Below, in pieces: positions 47,801 to 57,600 of a stretch of DNA of 64,000 bases. The position numbers and the translations under genes were made by a program. The stretch lies in the NCBI GenBank assembly GCA_013239625.1, contig MU053431.1, forward strand, positions 1,700,485-1,764,484. The letters run 5' to 3'. The notes below the pieces were generated by a model. That model saw only the letters and a program-made list of their open reading frames with translations. It was not told where the DNA came from and did no database searches. Position 1 is the first letter of the stretch. Each line of letters starts with the position of its first letter. The stretch comes from Lama guanicoe. Its lineage: Eukaryota.

Positions 47801-50800
47801 TGAGGGGCCCCGCCGCTTGCCTGCTCCCCACTCCCCTCCCCTCTCAGAACCAGGGCTCCTCGTGCTCAGGTGGGGCGGGCCATGGCTCTGGCCCACCCTG
47901 AACCTCTGTCTTCTCTCTGGTTTTCGTCCCCCCTCCCCCATCCAGCTCCATCTGGCTCCTCCTGAAGAACCCCACGTTCATCCTGCTCTGCCTGGCCGGG
48001 GCCACCGAGGCCACGCTCATTGCTGGCATGTCCACATTTGGCCCCAAGTTCCTGGAGTCCCAGTTCAGCCTGAGCGCCTCAGAAGCTGCCAGCTTGTTTG
48101 GTGAGAACACCCCCGAATCTTGGCAGGGCCTCTGCTTCTTCCCCAGTTCGCAAAGGCTCTTCTAGGAAGTCCCAGGCAGTGCTGCTCACATGGGGCGCAC
48201 GTCCTGGCCTGTGGTCCAGCCCAGGCAGGGGCCCCAGAGCAGGGTCCTGGGCTCCTGCACAACAGCTCTGTTCCCACTTACAAAGGCCGCCCCCGGACGG
48301 GCAGAGCGGTCCTTCCCGAGGGCAGTTTGGGAAGCGCTGGTCACAGCGTGCTGACCAGCTCTCTCCACCCCCACCTCGCCACCTGGGGTCTTGGCCTTCG
48401 TCTTCCCTGGCTCGTGGCAGAAAGGGTTTGGGTGGCCGATTCCCCTGGGCTCCCTTGGACCTGGCTGTCCCCGTGAGCCCGGTGGCCAGTGTCCTGGAGT
48501 CTTCCTAGGGCTGGAGCCTGGGACCTGCCTGGCCGGAGGCGCTCTGCGGCCAGAGGCAGGCTTGTCCTACCAAGAGAGCAAGGGTCCTCCTCAAACGCCC
48601 TCTTTCGGCCCCTGGTCACAGGGTAGCCCCTTGCTGTGGGGGCGGCCACGGCCTCCTTGTGCAGGAGGTGTCGGGGGACGATCTTGGACATGAGGGCCGG
48701 GGCTACCGGTGCAAGATGGGGCAACTGAGCAGCACAGGGTCAACCCTGGCCATCCCCTCCCCACAGGGCTCCACTCCCTGCTCGGGAGGAGGGCGTCAGG
48801 ATAGGGAACCCCACCTCGCTCTAATAAATGTCCCCAGACAGCCCTCCTGGCCTGGCCTCTCAGCTGAGTGCCCCCGCGGGAGCTGCCCCCATCCCCACAG
48901 CAACCAGCATGCGCCCTGGAACAGCCACGTTCTCTGGGGTCCCCCCTTCTCCACTCCTAGAGCTGGTCTCCATCTGGGGCAACAGGGTCACTGAGCCCGG
49001 GGACTTTGAGGTCTGTTCCACTCCTGCAAGAGCCCCCCATCTGTACCCCCTCCCCAGGATGGCCTAGGAGCCACACACCAATGAATCCCGACTTTCTACC
49101 AAAGGGCAGTGGCCACCGGCTTCTCCACATGTCTCCTTATGGTCGCACTCCGTAGAGGCCACGGTGGGCCCAGGGACCACGATTGTCCTGGGGCCTTCCC
49201 AACAGGTTGGCAGGGGCCAATGACGGCTCCTCTTCCCTATCCTGTCCACGGCCTCTGAGCAGCTGGCCAGGTGGCCTCCCCAGGCCCAGGGCCAAGGCTC
49301 CCCCAGTGCCCTGCCCTGTGCTCTGAGAGCACGGGTCAGGGTCGGGGGAACTGAGTGGGGAACCCAGCACTGCCACGTGGACGGGGACCGATGGCTGTGG
49401 CCTCTGTTTCCCCTTCGGTAAAGCGGAAAAGAGACCCGGTGGGTTGAGTGCCCCAGCCCCACAGCTCCCCAGGACACCACTGAGCCCCTCCCTCTCCGCA
49501 GGGTACCTGGTGGTGCCTGCGGGTGGTGGAGGCACCCTCCTGGGCGGCTTCCTTGTGAACAAGCTCAAGCTCCGTGGCTCAGGCATCATCAAGTCCTGCC
49601 TGCTCTGCACCCTGACCAGCCTGCTGGCCGTCCTCGTCTTCCTCGTGCACTGCCCCAACGTGCCCACGGCCGGCGTGACCGCCAACTACAACGGGAGGTG
49701 AGGGCCAGGCGGCGTCCGGGTGGAGAGACCGCTACACACCTGTTGGGGCACCTGTGGTCCCTGGGGTGGGGAGACGGGGTCTGGCACTTGGGGTGCAGTC
49801 AGTGTTTGGAGACGGTCATAGCAACGGGAGGACGCCCTTGGCGGGGTGTCCGTAGGACAACGGCCGGCCGCTCACACACCTCACCTGAGCCTCAGTCCTC
49901 TGCCCGTACACAGACAGCAGCAGCCCCAGCTCCTCTCTCCACGTGGTGGTGGATGGTGGCCCGGATCGGCCCGTGTGCTGCTGTGTTGGGGACTGAGAGG
50001 AGGCACCCGTTGGGTGTGATTTGGGAAATCTGAGCTAGACGCAGGCCACCTGGCCTGGGGCCTACGGCTGCCTCCCAGGGATTCCTTGTGGAGGCGGCAG
50101 CGTGAGGGCAGAGGGCAAGGAAGCCGCCACACCACTGTGGAGACAGCCGGACAGCCGGTGGGGAGTGGCGGGCCCTGTGCACCATGGAGAGGGTGAGGGG
50201 GCTGGTCCTCAGGCAGCTTCGAGAGATCGCTGAGCGGAACAGTGTGCACAGCGTGCTCGATCTGAGTGAGAGGAGGGAGAGAGGGTGTGATCGCTGACAT
50301 GTGTGTGGACAACAATCAGTGCAGATGAGCAGCAGCCTGGGCGGGGAGACAAGGGGTGCTGCCCGGGGCTTTGTACCTGGGGCTCGCGCGCTTTCGAGCC
50401 CTGGAATGCGCTGCCTTCCAGAAACGAGCCAGGCAGGGAAGCGCGCTGCGCGCAGCTGGAGGGTGGTTCGGGCTGGGTTTGCTCCGCTCTGAGAGCCTGC
50501 AGAGACTACGAGCAGAGGGCCATGTAGGAAGCCCTGGTCCTCGGGGTGGGGGGAGCAAACCCAACACATATGCAAACCCGCCGTCGTGGGCCGGAGGACA
50601 CCAGACCCGAGGCTGTCCTTGAGATGGGGTGCCCGCCTGGCACCAGCCTCCGCCCACCAGCGTCTCATCTCCGACCTGCAGCCTCCTGCCCGACGGCCGC
50701 CTGGAGCTGACGGCCACCTGCAATGCCGCCTGCGGCTGCTGGCCCGAACACTACCACCCCGTGTGCGGCTCCAATGGCCTCATGTACTTCTCGCCCTGCC

Positions 50801-53655
50801 ACGCGGGCTGCCCGGAGGCGGCCGTGCCCGGCCCGGGCGGCCAGAAGGTGAGCGCGGCCGCTGCCCGTGTTGTCCGCGCCTGCACCCGGGGGGCCCGGCC
50901 CTTCCTCCTGTAATCAGCGTTGTTGTTGCGGTCCCCAGGTGTACCGAGACTGTAGCTGTGTCCCTCAGAATTTTTCCTCTGGTTTTGGCCATGCTACTGC
51001 AGGGAAATGCACTTCAACTTGTCAAAGAAAGCCCCTCCTTCTGGGTTTCACATTCGTTGTAATTACCTTTACATTCCTCAGCAGCATTCCTGCGCTAACC
51101 GCGACTTTACGGTAAGCCTGGGGCCGGGTTCTCTCTGGTCCAGAGCCTCCCCTGTGCAGCTGCAGTGGCGCCCTCCAGACCCCTGCGGGGCACGTGCCCG
51201 GCCCCGAAAGCTGTGGCAGGAAAGAGCTGACTGCCTCTATGAGGTGCTTGCCACCGGGGGAGGAGGTGACGCGGCCGGGCTGGGCCAGGACTGGGCCGCT
51301 GGCGCGGGGGTGTGGCCTGGCGAGCAGCCCGCTTCCCCCACGCTGACGCCTTGGCTTCCCGTTGCAGATGCGTCCCTGACTGGCAGAGGTCCTTTGCGCT
51401 GGGAATCCAGTGGATTGTGGTTAGAACTCTAGGTACTGTGCCGTGTGAGGGAGCCACACGCCGTCGAGCCGTGACGGGCGTGTGCCAGGGGTCTCCTCAC
51501 CAAGCCGGTGTGCAGCCTGGCGGGGGCCACGCCCCCTCAGGGAAGGGTGCCATCCCCGAACAGTCCACTAGAGGGACCCATGGTGGCTTATTTGCCCAGA
51601 GGGCAGCCTTTCCTCGTGGACACGAAGGCTCCATCAGAGTCCGAGATGGGGGGACTCCACAGGCATGGGGGCAAGTCTCCCGAGAAAGGACATCCAAGTC
51701 CGCTCAGCGCTCCCTGAGCACGCCCGTGCCGATGCCGCCGTCCTGACAGCCTGTGCCGCCTGGGTCCTGGCGCTGCCCACCCCACCCTGGCCGCCACGGG
51801 CGCGCCCGCATACTGAGTGTGCCTCTCTCCGCAGGGGGCATCCCGGGGCCCATCGCCTTCGGCTGGGTGATCGACAAGGCGTGCCTGCTCTGGCAGGGCC
51901 AGTGCGGCCAGCAGGGCTCCTGCTCTGTCTACCGGAACTCGGCCATGAGCCGGTACATGCTCATCCTGGGGCTGCTATACAAGGTGAGCAGGGCGGCGCC
52001 TCCCCGCGTGCTGGAGGACGTCCCGGGGTCCAGCTCGGAGGGCGGCCATTCCCCTGGGGCCTCCCAACAGCTCACGCCCCCTGGAGCCCTGGGCCTTAGG
52101 CGTCGCTCCTGCAGCCTGGCTTCCAGGAGCGGGATCCTCCCCCGGTTCGTGCTGTCACTGTTGGGACCCTGATGATGTGATGCCAGTGGAGGGAACGGTG
52201 GGACAGGAGGCCCCGGGTCACAGGGGCTCACTAGCCAGGCCCCAGGCCCCAGGTCCCAGCAGCGGAGCCCTCACCATCCCAGCTGGCTGGTTAGCCTGGG
52301 GCTCTGGTCAGATATGTCACTGGAGAAATACGAACCGCCCCTCCCTGTGAGAGATGCTTCTGGGGGCCTCTCCCTCCGGGCCAGGCCAGCTGGTTGGTCC
52401 ACAAGCAGCAGAGCTTGTCTGTCCTTAGTTACGGCCCAATGCTTAGCCCCACCCTCTGCTCAAGCCATTGAGAGAAAATTCTGCTGTGTCTCTTGGCATA
52501 TGCTATCTGAGGAGAAACACAGTATTTACATTTCGAATTCCCCCCCTTGGACGAAAAGGCACCAAACTTTCCAAATAAAATGAAGCCCTAGGGCCAGTGT
52601 GTGAGAGAGTCTGGTGTTCCTCTTTGCGCAGAGGGCGGACTCAGGAATACTCCACTGGCAGAGCGGCTTTCCTTGAGCCTTTTCGGGAAGGGCCTCAACA
52701 ACAAGGGCCTCAGCAACCCTTGGGCTTATTTCCCCGAAGATTAGCTTAAAAGTAGCCACGGGCGAGAAGGGATTTGTGAGGCTCTGGGCAAGACTGAGGG
52801 GTCAGTTTGAAGAGACGCGCCACGTGCTCAGGGAGCTGGCCCTCACATGACTTTTCCCTGTGTCGCCCGGTCCCTCGGCCAGAGCAGCAGGCCAGCACCC
52901 GGCGGCTGTGCGCCCAGAGAGCAACCCCTCGGGACTGGCTCCCACAATCAGCTGGCGGCAGACGGGTCACAGGCCACAAAGTGCTAAGGGCCTCTTGTTC
53001 CTACGGCTTCAGGCCCAACAGCCAGGGGGGTGCCAGGAAACACCGTGGGGGTCCCGGTAAAGCCTGGCGCTTAGGCATCAACCATAGACCCGGACATCGG
53101 AGGCCACCACGCGCCCCCACGCTGGCGTTTTACAGGCCTCTCGTGGCTCCTGTTACCCAGGGGTCAGTGTGGTGGCTGTAGGTCGGGTAACCTCCAGTGC
53201 CGACCAACTCTGACTTGGGCTTCTGGGACGGCCGTAACAAAGGGCCACACGCCCCGAACAACTGAGGGTCGCTCTGCCTCATGCTGGAGGCCCACGTCCA
53301 CTCCCCAGGGCGCTCCAAGGGGTCTCTGCTCCCGGCCTCTCCCTCCCCTGGTCCCCGGCCATCCCTGGAGCTCCTGGGCTTTGAGAAGCGCCCCCCAACT
53401 CTGCCTCCACCGGCACGCGGCTGCCCCCGGAGTGCCTCCGTGCCGGCGCTGGGGGTAGCTCAGGGGCTCCGGCGGCTCCTCTCTCCCCAGGTCCTGGGCT
53501 TCCTCTTCTTCGCTGCCGCCTGCCTCCTGTACAAGCCCCCATCGGGGCCTTCTGACGGCCTGGAAGCGTCTCTGCCCAGCCAGTCCTTGGCCTCCGACAA
53601 CCCCCTGGACCTTCAGGAGGCCCCCTCCACCCTCCAGCTCCAGAGTGACGTCTGA
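41088..53655 (+). CDS. SLCO4A1: Solute carrier organic anion transporter 4A1 (OATP4A1/OATP-E); 11 coding exons, 2196 nt, 731 aa. join(41088..41889,42815..42905,44221..44342,44714..44825,47946..48100,49502..49697,50682..50847,50939..51111,51368..51432,51835..51983,53491..53655)
   Basis: Hand-spliced translation is open from MGDKPF... to ...LQLQSDV*. All 10 coding introns are GT..AG with matching phases. Family motifs: [37 protein letters not shown] signature [14 protein letters not shown], Kazal-like loop [48 protein letters not shown]. Closely matches the human OATP4A1 sequence as I recall it. Confidence 0.97.
42815..42905 (+). CDS. SLCO4A1: SLCO4A1 exon 3 (91 nt)
   Basis: cacttcccttccAG acceptor; [31 protein letters not shown]; donor CG|GTGAGC. 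Confidence 0.95.
43160..43850. mobile_element. MER21-like LTR in intron 3
   Basis: ctgacactgaaatcctggagtccgctcagacccc, cagtcccacaagaccacccccacttcagacgccagccac, gaggttcccacaacccctc, aatttgcaagaacggctctcagaacccagg. Confidence 0.7.
44221..44342 (+). CDS. SLCO4A1: SLCO4A1 exon 4 (122 nt; OATP signature)
   Basis: tctcccgcAG acceptor; [40 protein letters not shown]; donor AG|GTGGGT. Confidence 0.96.
44714..44825 (+). CDS. SLCO4A1: SLCO4A1 exon 5 (112 nt)
   Basis: gtcctcccAG acceptor; [37 protein letters not shown]; donor CT|GTAAGG. Confidence 0.94.
47946..48100 (+). CDS. SLCO4A1: SLCO4A1 exon 6 (155 nt)
   Basis: Long pyrimidine tract + catccAG; [51 protein letters not shown]; donor TG|GTGAGA. 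Confidence 0.95.
49502..49697 (+). CDS. SLCO4A1: SLCO4A1 exon 7 (196 nt)
   Basis: cctctccgcAG acceptor; [26 protein letters not shown]...[16 protein letters not shown]; donor AG|GTGAGG. Confidence 0.95.
50682..50847 (+). CDS. SLCO4A1: SLCO4A1 exon 8 (166 nt; Kazal-like extracellular loop)
   Basis: acctgcAG acceptor; [44 protein letters not shown]...GQK; donor AG|GTGAGC. Confidence 0.95.
50939..51111 (+). CDS. SLCO4A1: SLCO4A1 exon 9 (173 nt)
   Basis: gtccccAG acceptor; [58 protein letters not shown]; donor CG|GTAAGC. Confidence 0.95.
51368..51432 (+). CDS. SLCO4A1: SLCO4A1 exon 10 (65 nt)
   Basis: cttcccgttgcAG acceptor; [21 protein letters not shown]; donor AG|GTACTG. Confidence 0.94.
51835..51983 (+). 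CDS. SLCO4A1: SLCO4A1 exon 11 (149 nt)
   Basis: cctctctccgcAG acceptor; [50 protein letters not shown]; donor AG|GTGAGC. Confidence 0.96.
53491..53655 (+). CDS. SLCO4A1: SLCO4A1 exon 12, coding part (165 nt incl. TGA)
   Basis: ctcctctctccccAG acceptor; [19 protein letters not shown]...LQLQSDV*; ends in an S-x-V class I PDZ-type motif. Confidence 0.94.
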   Translation, partial: VLGFLFFAAACLLYKPPSGPSDGLEASLPSQSLASDNPLDLQEAPSTLQLQSDV

Positions 53656-54770
53656 CAGCCCCCCGCCCGCCCAGGGGCCCGCCAGCCTCACGGCGCTTCC
53701 CGGGAACACCGTCTAAGTTCTCTCCAGGAGGGGTGACCCCTCACCGATTGACCCCCAGCGCTGAGGACCCTGTGAGAATCTGCCACTGGATCGGGGAAGG
53801 GGGAACTGAGCCGACCGTCCCGCGTCTGAGCCTGAAAGGCACCAAGGAGAAAGCTGGAGATGCATAGGAAGGACCGCCCTGCCCCAGCCCCTTGGAGCTC
53901 AGTGTCGGGAGCGGGGGCTGGGCTCTCAGATCCGAAAGAGCAAGGCCCACAGCTGTGCCCTCCCTTCCGCCCCATCCACACCCCGCTCTTTCCCATGGAC
54001 TTAGCCTGACGGTGTCCTCTGGGGCCTCAGGACCCCTGGGGCACATTAACAGCCGTGCTTCCAAAGCACTGCGTGCAGTTCCCACCTAACCCAGCAGGAG
54101 CTACAGAAAGCGCAGAACCACGTGCGGGCTTGCTGAGGCTCCCCGAGCGGCAACTGACGGCTCGGAGCGGCAGCCGCCCGGCGGTGTGCAAGTCCTCTCC
54201 TCTCCAGAGGAGCCGAGACGCGCTCAGCGTGGTCTTTGACGGCCCAGGGCTTGTGCGCTGTTTTCACTGGTGAAGCTGGCACTTCTGGGATCCCCTGATG
54301 GGAGGTGCAGACCCCTGCCCCCTGCCCCCCTACCGCCGTCAAGATGCTGCGTGGCCAGTGGTGCTTCTGGGCGGGGCCCCTGCACCTTGCAGCCGCCTGG
54401 CCCTGACTTCCTGTGTGTCTCCTGATGAAGAGGTGGCGGGTGTGAGGCTGTCCCCGGGGGTGCCATCCCCATGGACCCTTCTCCTTGATATGTTGTTCAA
54501 AACCTGCTGTCACCGCCTGTCCTCGGCGCCACCTGGCCCCGCTGTGGGATGGGAACCACTTGCATAAGGATGTATTTGTGGACCTATATCTGGCGTGAAC
54601 ATTTATTTATGGAATTTGTTTTTTACCTGATGATGCGATGAGCGTTTGTGAATCTGCCCCGAGGACATCAGGACTTGTGTGGACCGCCTGTTGCCGGTGT
54701 CCTCAGCGACAGTTGTTTGTACGTAAATATATTTTAATATTTAAAGCTTATGTTCCTTCCCGTGTGTTTT
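53656..54770 (+). other. SLCO4A1: SLCO4A1 3' UTR (end approximate)
   Basis: Follows the stop codon. Ends in an AT-rich block with ATTTATTTA (54601-54609), TGTA, variant poly(A) hexamers and a GT/T-rich tract. Confidence 0.6.
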
Positions 54771-54780
54771 ATTTCTACAA
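54718..54780 (+). terminator. Putative non-canonical polyadenylation region
   Basis: TGTA 54718-54721, AATATA 54726-54731, TTTAAA 54740-54745, then tgttccttcccgtgtgttttatttct. I saw no AATAAA between the stop codon and here. Confidence 0.5.
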
Positions 54781-55959
54781 ATCTGCGACGTTTGGCAGTC
54801 TTACCTGTCCTCCGTGTGGGCTTTTGTGAGTTTGTGCCCCAGTGTCGAGATGGGAACCCCCGGAGTGAGCCCTTGCTTGGCTGGGGTCCTCCCGGGCAGG
54901 CGTCTCCCCACCCCCCAAGGTGACCCCTCCCCCATCATGACCCGAGTGTCTCCTCCCTTCGGGGTCCAGCACCTGGGTGGACCTGGGTCCTCAGCAGAGC
55001 CTCACTTCCCTCCACTGTCATGGACCCCGGGATGCGGTCGGGATCGCCGGACGCCGCTGTCAGCATGCATGTGCACGCACACGTTCAAAAGTGACGGAGC
55101 CGCGACCAGTCTGGGCTGTGACCACGTCTGCGTCGTCCCCTGAGGGCTGGAAGGTGGCCATCTGTGCTGGGCAGTTGCTTCCTGGAAGAAGCAATCCAAC
55201 GCGTGGCTCTGCCCGCCAGCGGCGCGTCAAGACATTGGTGGGGCGTGACCAACGCTCGATCCCGAGTCGCTGCCTGTTGGCTGGTGCCCTCGAGTCTCAT
55301 CGCATGGGGCACCTCGGGAACCCCCACTGCCTCCTCTAGGGAGGCCCCCCCAGGCATCAGGGATGAATTTTGGCTCTGATCTGGATGGGGGTCCCCGGGC
55401 ACCAACTCTGCGTGAGCTCTGAGCCCGCCCCCAGCCCCACCCCGCCCAGGTGGGTGCCTGGGAGCCCAGAGGAGCCACAGCTGCGGCCGTGGACCCAGGG
55501 GGCAACACAGACACCTTCTGGGGGCAGGATCCCCTGACTCCAGCCCCAGCTGCCCACCCGCCCACGTGACCCAAGACCCCCCCACCCAGCTGGCGCGCCT
55601 CCCCAACAAGTGCAGGCTGGAGCAAACCTGGTCTCTTCCTGCCACTCCCCTGAGACGTGAGCTGGACGCGAATCCTTTCTCGAATCCTGACCCGGCCACG
55701 TCGATTTGCCGGAACTGAGCAGGGCCTGGGTTTCAGCAAGAGACAAACAGGCTCCCCGCCTGATGCCAACTTCAGAGAATTAACTGAGCGCCTGCTCCAC
55801 TCCAGAGCCTGAGAGCTTGACAGCCGGGCCTGGGGCCACCCCCCCCCAGGTGGGGCGGGGCCTGGGGGCCTGGCAAAAGCCTGTGCTTCTGAATGTCTTT
55901 GCCCGTGAAAGGGGCGTGTCTGTGGTGTGTGGATATACTTATTAAAAATCACATTTTTA

Positions 55960-56345
55960 GGAAAAAACAGATTTATTGAAATATAAATCACACGCATGTA
56001 AGTCACCGTCGAAGGCTACAGTTCAGTGGGGTTTAGCATATTCAGAGCTGTGCACCCGTCACCGCGGTCAACTGGAACTTTTCATTACGGCAAAAAGAAC
56101 CTCCATCAGCCTTCGGCCGGCTCCCCTTCCTGCTGCAGACCGCGGGCCTCGCCCAGTCTCCACCTGCCGGTTCTGGGCGCGTCCTACAAAGGGCTGCTCT
56201 CGCTGCTTGGCCTGCGTGTCTGCTTCCTTCCCTGAGCACCACGTTTCGAGTTTCCTCCACGTTGTTTGGGTGTCGGTGCTTTAGTCCTTATCAAGGCCAA
56301 TTAATATTCCTCTGTACGGACAGACCACATTTTGTAAATCCCGTT
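55960..56345 (-). mobile_element. L1 3' end (L1MB/MC-like), antisense
   Basis: agatttattgaaatataaatcaca, tacagttcagtggggtttagcatattcagagctgtgca, taatattcctctgtacggacagaccacattttgt. Confidence 0.8.
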
Positions 56346-57289
56346 ATTTAAGGAAGGAACAAAGGTCCCTGGTAATGGGCCCTCTCTGCAAAGCCTGGGC
56401 ACCCCGGTGAGCGGCAGCCAAGGAACTGGAGGGTAGAAGACCCCCCTGCCCCCAGAGCCCCCCACCAGCCGAAGAAGCCCCTTTAGCCACAAAATGCCCA
56501 GGCAGGTGCACAATGGACCAAACCCTGTCTGCAAGCATCACTCAGCACATCTGTGTTCTCTGCCCCCCAAAGTGCAGAGCGAGCCAGGAGGGGCCTCAGT
56601 TTGTGGATGGTAGTGAGACTTTAGCAGATTTGGGTGTTTCACAGGATGCACAAAACAGCCCTTCCTGTCAACAGTGGGCATAAACGTTTAAGTGACACAA
56701 ACAAGCAGAGATTGAAACGACACGCAGACAAATCCCAAGAATCTGAATTGGATATTGAAGCATTAGAACATCACACACATCACACACACCGCAGGGAGCT
56801 CGGGAGCCTCACGCAGCCCCAGCATGATTAAGCGTCTGCAGTGGGCCTGGGGGCTGGGAAGTGGGGCTGGGCGGGCGGGAGATGCAGCCGGTGGGGGGAG
56901 GGGGTCAGGCACCAGCAGACACTGAGCCAGGCCCTCGGGGCAGCCGGGCATCTGGGGGCAAGGACTCCGCTCGCTGCGGGGACCTCTCTGAAGGGGAGAC
57001 CACTCCCTGTGACAGGCCAGTCTGGTGACCATCCAAAGAGGTCTGGCTGGGAGCCAAGGCTGGGAGGAGAGAGTGAATCTCGAGGAGAAAGAGGCAGATT
57101 TTCAGGGTGGAAGGAGGATTCACATCACTTCCACCACCTCCGTCTGGGGTGAGAGCCAGCAAGAGGAGCCTCCCACGAAGCCGGTCACACACTTCCTCCT
57201 GGACGGTACGGGCTGAGGCTCACCCTCCGGCCACCCCCCGATTCCTGGTCCCCGTCCAATAGGCTCCACACACACCAGGTCTGCTGCTA

Positions 57290-57600
57290 CCCCAGGGTCT
57301 TTGCACGGTAGCGCTGCCTTCCCAGACATCCCCACGGCTCATCCCTCAGTCTTTGACCAAACGTCTCCTTCCCCACGAGGCCTGCCCTGATGGTCTCAGG
57401 TGGAACGGCAGCCCACTCCCCGCCCTGGCGCTCCCGCTCCCGGACCACACACTGCCCCCCCATCTCCAGGGTGCGCGGCGTGATCAGTAGCGCTTCCGCC
57501 TGTCGCGGGGCCGTTAGGTCCGCAAGCCTGGGGCCTGGTTTGTTCCCCTAGAACACAGCCTGGTGTAGAGCCGGTGTTCAGCCATCAGCTGTCACCAGCC
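57290..57600 (+). mobile_element. L2-like 3' fragment
   Basis: cagggtctttgcac, cttcccagacatccccacggctcatccctca, ctagaacacagcctgg. Confidence 0.45.
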
